From Campylobacterota bacterium (GTDB lineage Bacteria > Campylobacterota > Campylobacteria > Campylobacterales > Arcobacteraceae): DNA of 10,647 nt. The stretch lies in assembly GCA_051746405.1 (NCBI GenBank), contig JBNJFB010000065.1:1-10647 (forward strand). The letters are read 5' to 3'. Both the position numbers and the translations under genes were made by a program. Positions 7,113 through 10,647 of this stretch are shown here, piece after piece; position 1 is the first letter of the stretch; each line of letters starts with the position of its first letter. The notes below the pieces were generated by a model. That model was not told the DNA's origin, ran no database searches, and saw only the letters and a list, made by a program, of their open reading frames with translations.

Positions 7113-8278
7113 ATAAAAACCTCTCAATCCTCATCACATCTCTCTCAGGAGGTGGAGCAGAAAGAGTCGTATCTGTACTGCTCAATGAATTAAAAGATGA
7201 ATACAACATAACCTTAGTGCTTATGAACGATACCATAGCTTACGACATACCAAAAGGAGATATAAAGATAGTCTATCTTGAAAACAGTTCAGCTTCACAA
7301 AGTGGCATCAAAAAAATACTCAAGCTACCACTGCTTGGCTGGAGGTACAAAAACATTTGCTATTCTTGTGACATAGATGTGAGTTTGTCGTTTATGTACA
7401 GACCAAATTTTATAAATGTGTTTGCAAAATTTTTTGGATTAAAAAGCAAGATAGTGATTAGTGAGAGAAATACACCTTCGCAAGTTTACAAAGGAAACGC
7501 TTTGAGTGCAAAGGTGGGTAACTTTTTGATCAAGTGGCTTTACCCTAAAGCAGATGCCATCATGCCAAACTCCAAAGGCAATGCTTTGGATCTAGTAAAA
7601 AACTACGGCATAGATAAAGAGAAGCTAAGAGTGATAGAAAATCCTTTTGACATAGAAGGCATAGCAAAAAAGGCTAATGAAGATATAAATCTACCCAAAG
7701 GTGATGACTTTGTATTTATCATGGTGGGAAGGCTAGAAGAGCATAAAAGGCACACGCTAGCCATAGAGGCATTTGCCAAGCTAAAAGAGCCTAGCACTCA
7801 GCTATGGATACTCGGACAAGGACCAATGCAAAAAGAGATAGAGAGCCTGATAGAGAAGTTGGGCTTAGAAAACAGAGTCAAACTACTAGGCTTTGATAAA
7901 AACCCATACAAATACATGGCAAAAGCCGACTGCTTTGTGCTAGCTTCAACTAGAGAGGGCTTTCCAAATGTGGTGGTAGAAGCATTAGCGTGCGGATTGC
8001 CGGTCATTAGCAGTGACTGCCACAGCGGACCTAGAGAGATACTAGCTCCTAGTAGTGATGTGGGTAAAAAGCTTGCTGATGAGATAGAGATAGCTGAGCA
8101 TGGAGTGCTTTTTCCTGTTGATGAGGAAGAAATGCTTTTAAAGAGTATGCATATGATGGTTGAGGATAAAAAAATATATAGAGAACTAAAGCAAAAGTCT
8201 AAATTGAGAGCTATCTGTTTTGCGACAGGTACAATTATAAAGAAGTTTAAAGAGGTATTGGGAGTGAACAATGAATAA
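7109..8278 (+). CDS. pglJ: GT4 glycosyltransferase, PglJ-like (alpha-1,4-GalNAc transferase onto GalNAc-diNAcBac-PP-Und)
   Basis: SLSGGGAERVV, LVLMNDTIAYDIP, KILKLPLL..RYK, RPNFIN, LYPKADAIMPNSKGNALDLV, LLGFDKNPYKYMAK and EGFPNVVVE (EX7E). These match C. jejuni PglJ segments as I recall them. ATGA overlap with the upstream gene. Confidence 0.75.
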   Translation: MNKNLSILITSLSGGGAERVVSVLLNELKDEYNITLVLMNDTIAYDIPKGDIKIVYLENSSASQSGIKKILKLPLLGWRYKNICYSCDIDVSLSFMYRPNFINVFAKFFGLKSKIVISERNTPSQVYKGNALSAKVGNFLIKWLYPKADAIMPNSKGNALDLVKNYGIDKEKLRVIENPFDIEGIAKKANEDINLPKGDDFVFIMVGRLEEHKRHTLAIEAFAKLKEPSTQLWILGQGPMQKEIESLIEKLGLENRVKLLGFDKNPYKYMAKADCFVLASTREGFPNVVVEALACGLPVISSDCHSGPREILAPSSDVGKKLADEIEIAEHGVLFPVDEEEMLLKSMHMMVEDKKIYRELKQKSKLRAICFATGTIIKKFKEVLGVNNE

Positions 8279-9392
8279 AAAAATTGCGTTTTTATCTCAC
8301 CTTGACCGGAATTTATACACTTTCAGGGGACCTATTATCAAACAGTTGGTACAAAACGGACACGAAGTTTATGCGGTATGTCCCCCCGGTGATAAGAATG
8401 ACGCACTCAAAAGCCTGGGGTGTGAAGTAGTTAATTATAAAATTTCACGACAAAGTCTCAATCCTTTGCAAGAGCTGCTTACGATACAAAGTATTTACCG
8501 TGCTATTAAACCTTTGAAACTGAACGTTTTACAAAGCTTCACGGCCAAGCCAAACATATACGGCAGTATAGCGGGCAAAAAAGCCGGGATACCATTGGTG
8601 TGCAACGCCGTGACAGGGCTTGGAAGCTTTTATGTCGAAAATACACTCAAGGCAAAAGCCGTAAGAACTGTCATGAATATACTCTATAAGTTTGCAAATA
8701 CAAAAGCTGACTATTGTATCTTTCAAAACAGTGATGATATGCGCTATTTTAAAGATAAAAAACTGGTAGCCTGTGATAAAGCGGTTTTGATAAAAAGTTC
8801 GGGCATCGATACCAAGCAGTTCAAGCCCCGGGCATCGACATCAATCCCACAGAAAAGAATCAGGGTATTGATGATTGCCAGAGCTATATGGCATAAAGGT
8901 ATCAAGGAGTATTACGAAGCCGCCGGAGTATTGCAGGGCGTGGATGTTGCGTTTGTTTTGATAGGAGGCACCGATGAAGGAAATCCAAGTTGCGCGGATA
9001 AAAAGTTTTTAGAAAACGGCAGCGTAAAATGGCTTGGCCGAAGGGAAGATATAAAAGAGCAGATTGACAAATGTGATATCTTTGTATTACCAAGCTTTTA
9101 TGGTGAGGGTGTGCCTAGAACTTTATTGGAGGCTGCATCTATGGGCAAGCCAATCGTAACTACTAGCAATGTGGGATGTAAAGAAGTGGTTGATGATGGT
9201 GTCAATGGATTTTTAGTACCTGTAAAAGACAGCAAAACATTGGCAGAAAAGATACGAATATTGATCAAAGACAGAAGCATGAGAGAACGCATGGGACAGG
9301 CAAGCAGACAAAAAGCCATAAACGAATTTGAGATTCATTTTATTGTGCAGCAGTATTTAAAACTGTATCAAGGAAGAGGGCAGGAAAAGTAA
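8271..9392 (+). CDS. pglA: GT4 glycosyltransferase, PglA-like (alpha-1,3-GalNAc transferase onto diNAcBac-PP-Und)
   Basis: IAFLSH...LYTFRGPIIK, SRQSLNP, GLGSFY, VLMIARAIWHKGIKEYYE, GNPSCA..FL, CDIFVLPS and EGVPRTLLE (EX7E). These match PglA as I recall it. SD GGAG at 8261-8264. Confidence 0.78.
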   Translation: MNKKIAFLSHLDRNLYTFRGPIIKQLVQNGHEVYAVCPPGDKNDALKSLGCEVVNYKISRQSLNPLQELLTIQSIYRAIKPLKLNVLQSFTAKPNIYGSIAGKKAGIPLVCNAVTGLGSFYVENTLKAKAVRTVMNILYKFANTKADYCIFQNSDDMRYFKDKKLVACDKAVLIKSSGIDTKQFKPRASTSIPQKRIRVLMIARAIWHKGIKEYYEAAGVLQGVDVAFVLIGGTDEGNPSCADKKFLENGSVKWLGRREDIKEQIDKCDIFVLPSFYGEGVPRTLLEAASMGKPIVTTSNVGCKEVVDDGVNGFLVPVKDSKTLAEKIRILIKDRSMRERMGQASRQKAINEFEIHFIVQQYLKLYQGRGQEK

Positions 9393-10229
9393 ATGCAGAC
9401 TATCAAGTACCAAAACATTAATTGGTTATATAAACACGGGGCCTTGATACCGGGTTTGCCTCCTCACAAAAAAGTTGACCTATCCTGCCACGAGCAAAAA
9501 GAATTGCTTATACTCTCAAAAGCTTATTTTATACGATACAATACTACTTTTGATGATGAAAAAGGGCCATTTTGGTATGTTGTCAAAGACTCGTTTCAAG
9601 GGCTGGAGGAGTTATCATCAAATACACGAAGCAAAGTCAGAAGAGGGTCGAAAAAGTATTATACAAGCATTGTAGACAAAAGTGTTCTGCTGGCTTACGG
9701 ATATCGGGTATATGTAGAAGCCTCCAGACGGTATGAGACGTTTGAAAGGATGATGAATGAAGATGAATTTAAAGAATATATAACTGCACTGGATACAAGT
9801 TATGAATTTTGGGGTGTGTTTGATAAAGATACGGGCAATTTAGCTGCTTACTCGCAAAATTTCATACAACACGGTTCGTGTTTTTATGAAGAATTGTTTT
9901 TTACCCCGTTGTCATTAAAAAAATACAGCAGTTATTTGCTTTTTTACGACATGAACAAGTATTATCTGCAAGAGAAAAATTTTCGCTATGTGCATGACGG
10001 AAGCAGAAGCTTGTCGCACGATACTTCGATCCATCAGTTTTTAGAAAAAAAATTCAAATTCAGAAAAGCATATGCGAAAATAGAACTGGTATACAGAAGT
10101 GACGTCAAACTGGCCGTGAAGCTGCTGTACCCGCTGCGAAGTTTCATATATAGATTACGTCACGATATTTTCAAAAAAATATCGGTATTACTTGCTCACG
10201 AAGCAATAAGGAGAGGCTGTGAAAAGTAG
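9393..10229 (+). CDS. GNAT/FemAB-like fold protein; putative glycan acyl- or aminoacyl-transferase
   Basis: 278 aa. LEELSSNTRSKVRRG resembles the FemAB/Acetyltransf_6 'L..lS.k.Rr.iRka' helix. Also FWGVFDKDTGNLAAY, SSYLLFYDM..YY, YVHDGSRS and FLEKKFKF, matching GNAT motif A/B organisation. Confidence 0.55.
   Translation: MQTIKYQNINWLYKHGALIPGLPPHKKVDLSCHEQKELLILSKAYFIRYNTTFDDEKGPFWYVVKDSFQGLEELSSNTRSKVRRGSKKYYTSIVDKSVLLAYGYRVYVEASRRYETFERMMNEDEFKEYITALDTSYEFWGVFDKDTGNLAAYSQNFIQHGSCFYEELFFTPLSLKKYSSYLLFYDMNKYYLQEKNFRYVHDGSRSLSHDTSIHQFLEKKFKFRKAYAKIELVYRSDVKLAVKLLYPLRSFIYRLRHDIFKKISVLLAHEAIRRGCEK
10208..10213 (+). promoter_or_regulatory. Shine-Dalgarno site for the GTG start at 10219
   Basis: AAGGAG 5 nt upstream of GTG 10219. 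Confidence 0.65.
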
Positions 10230-10647
10230 AGCATCTGCTGCCGTCAAGACAGGACGGTTCATCCAAAAATACTATCATCTTTTTAGCTTTCTGGACAAAA
10301 TCTTTATACAAACCAAAACAGATTCCGTACCCGTTATCTGTATCGTAGCTCCCCCTAGAAGCGGCTCTACTTTGACATACCAAATACTAACACAGGCGTT
10401 GGAAAATTTTCATCTCACAAACTTTTCCAACCTTCTTTACGCCACACCGACGCTTGGTTTTAAACTGCAAAACAAACTTTGCCAAAACTATTTATCAAGT
10501 TTTTCTTCATCCCACGGTTTTGTACCCGGTCTCTGCGGAGAGGCGGAGGGGTTGAAGTTTTGGCAGTACTGGCTCAATCAAGGTCTTGTAGAAAATAATG
10601 AACTCGATGCAAAAAAACTTCATCATTTACATAAAAGATTGAAAAAA
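10219..10647 (+). CDS. Sulfotransferase (Sulfotransfer_3 type), 5' part, running off the window; absent from the ORF track
   Basis: My translation from GTG 10219: MKSRASAAVKTGRFIQKYYHLFSFLDKIFIQTKTDSVPVICIVAPPRSGSTLTYQILTQALENFHLTNFSNLLYATPTLGFKLQNKLCQNYLSSFSSSHGFVPGLCGEAEGLKFWQYW..., open to the window end. PSB loop IVAPPRSGSTL. Confidence 0.85.
   Translation, partial: MKSRASAAVKTGRFIQKYYHLFSFLDKIFIQTKTDSVPVICIVAPPRSGSTLTYQILTQALENFHLTNFSNLLYATPTLGFKLQNKLCQNYLSSFSSSHGFVPGLCGEAEGLKFWQYWLNQGLVENNELDAKKLHHLHKRLKK

Noticed and set aside
7603..9319. Minus-strand ORFs 7603-7797, 7798-8271, 8529-8726, 8902-9093 and 9098-9319
   Set aside because: Antisense shadows of the pglJ- and pglA-like genes; none has a recognisable motif.
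9475..10383. Alternate-frame ORF 9475-9675 (+) and ORF 10171-10383 (-)
   Set aside because: Nested in or antisense to better-supported CDSs. The 10219+ region is explained by a sulfotransferase with an SD and PSB motif.
1..10647. CRISPR arrays, tandem repeats, IS elements, RNA genes, intrinsic terminators
   Set aside because: None seen on reading; the window is essentially fully protein-coding with no intergenic space to hold them.

Overview
The window is one continuous + strand operon from a surface-glycan biosynthesis locus, most likely of a Campylobacterota (Epsilonproteobacteria) genome; that taxonomy is inferred from the close PglJ/PglA and PseI resemblance. Gene order: 3' end of a pseudaminic acid synthase (pseI-like), a GT-B 'surface carbohydrate' protein with sialyltransferase-type DEEG and HP motifs, a 717-aa fusion of an Fe-S APS reductase (CysH) with a fold-type I PLP enzyme, a degenerate asparagine-synthetase-like PP-loop amide ligase lacking the glutaminase Cys, a sulfotransferase, an orphan with a HEPN-like signature, pglJ-like and pglA-like GT4 glycosyltransferases, a GNAT/FemAB-like protein, and the 5' end of a second sulfotransferase that the ORF track missed. 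The most notable element is the AT-rich CysH-PLP fusion plus amide ligase plus sulfotransferase cassette. I infer it may make an aminosulfonate (cysteate or taurine type) from APS-derived sulfite and amide-link it to a glycan that is also O-sulfated. All family calls come from motif reading and recalled family knowledge, not database searches.
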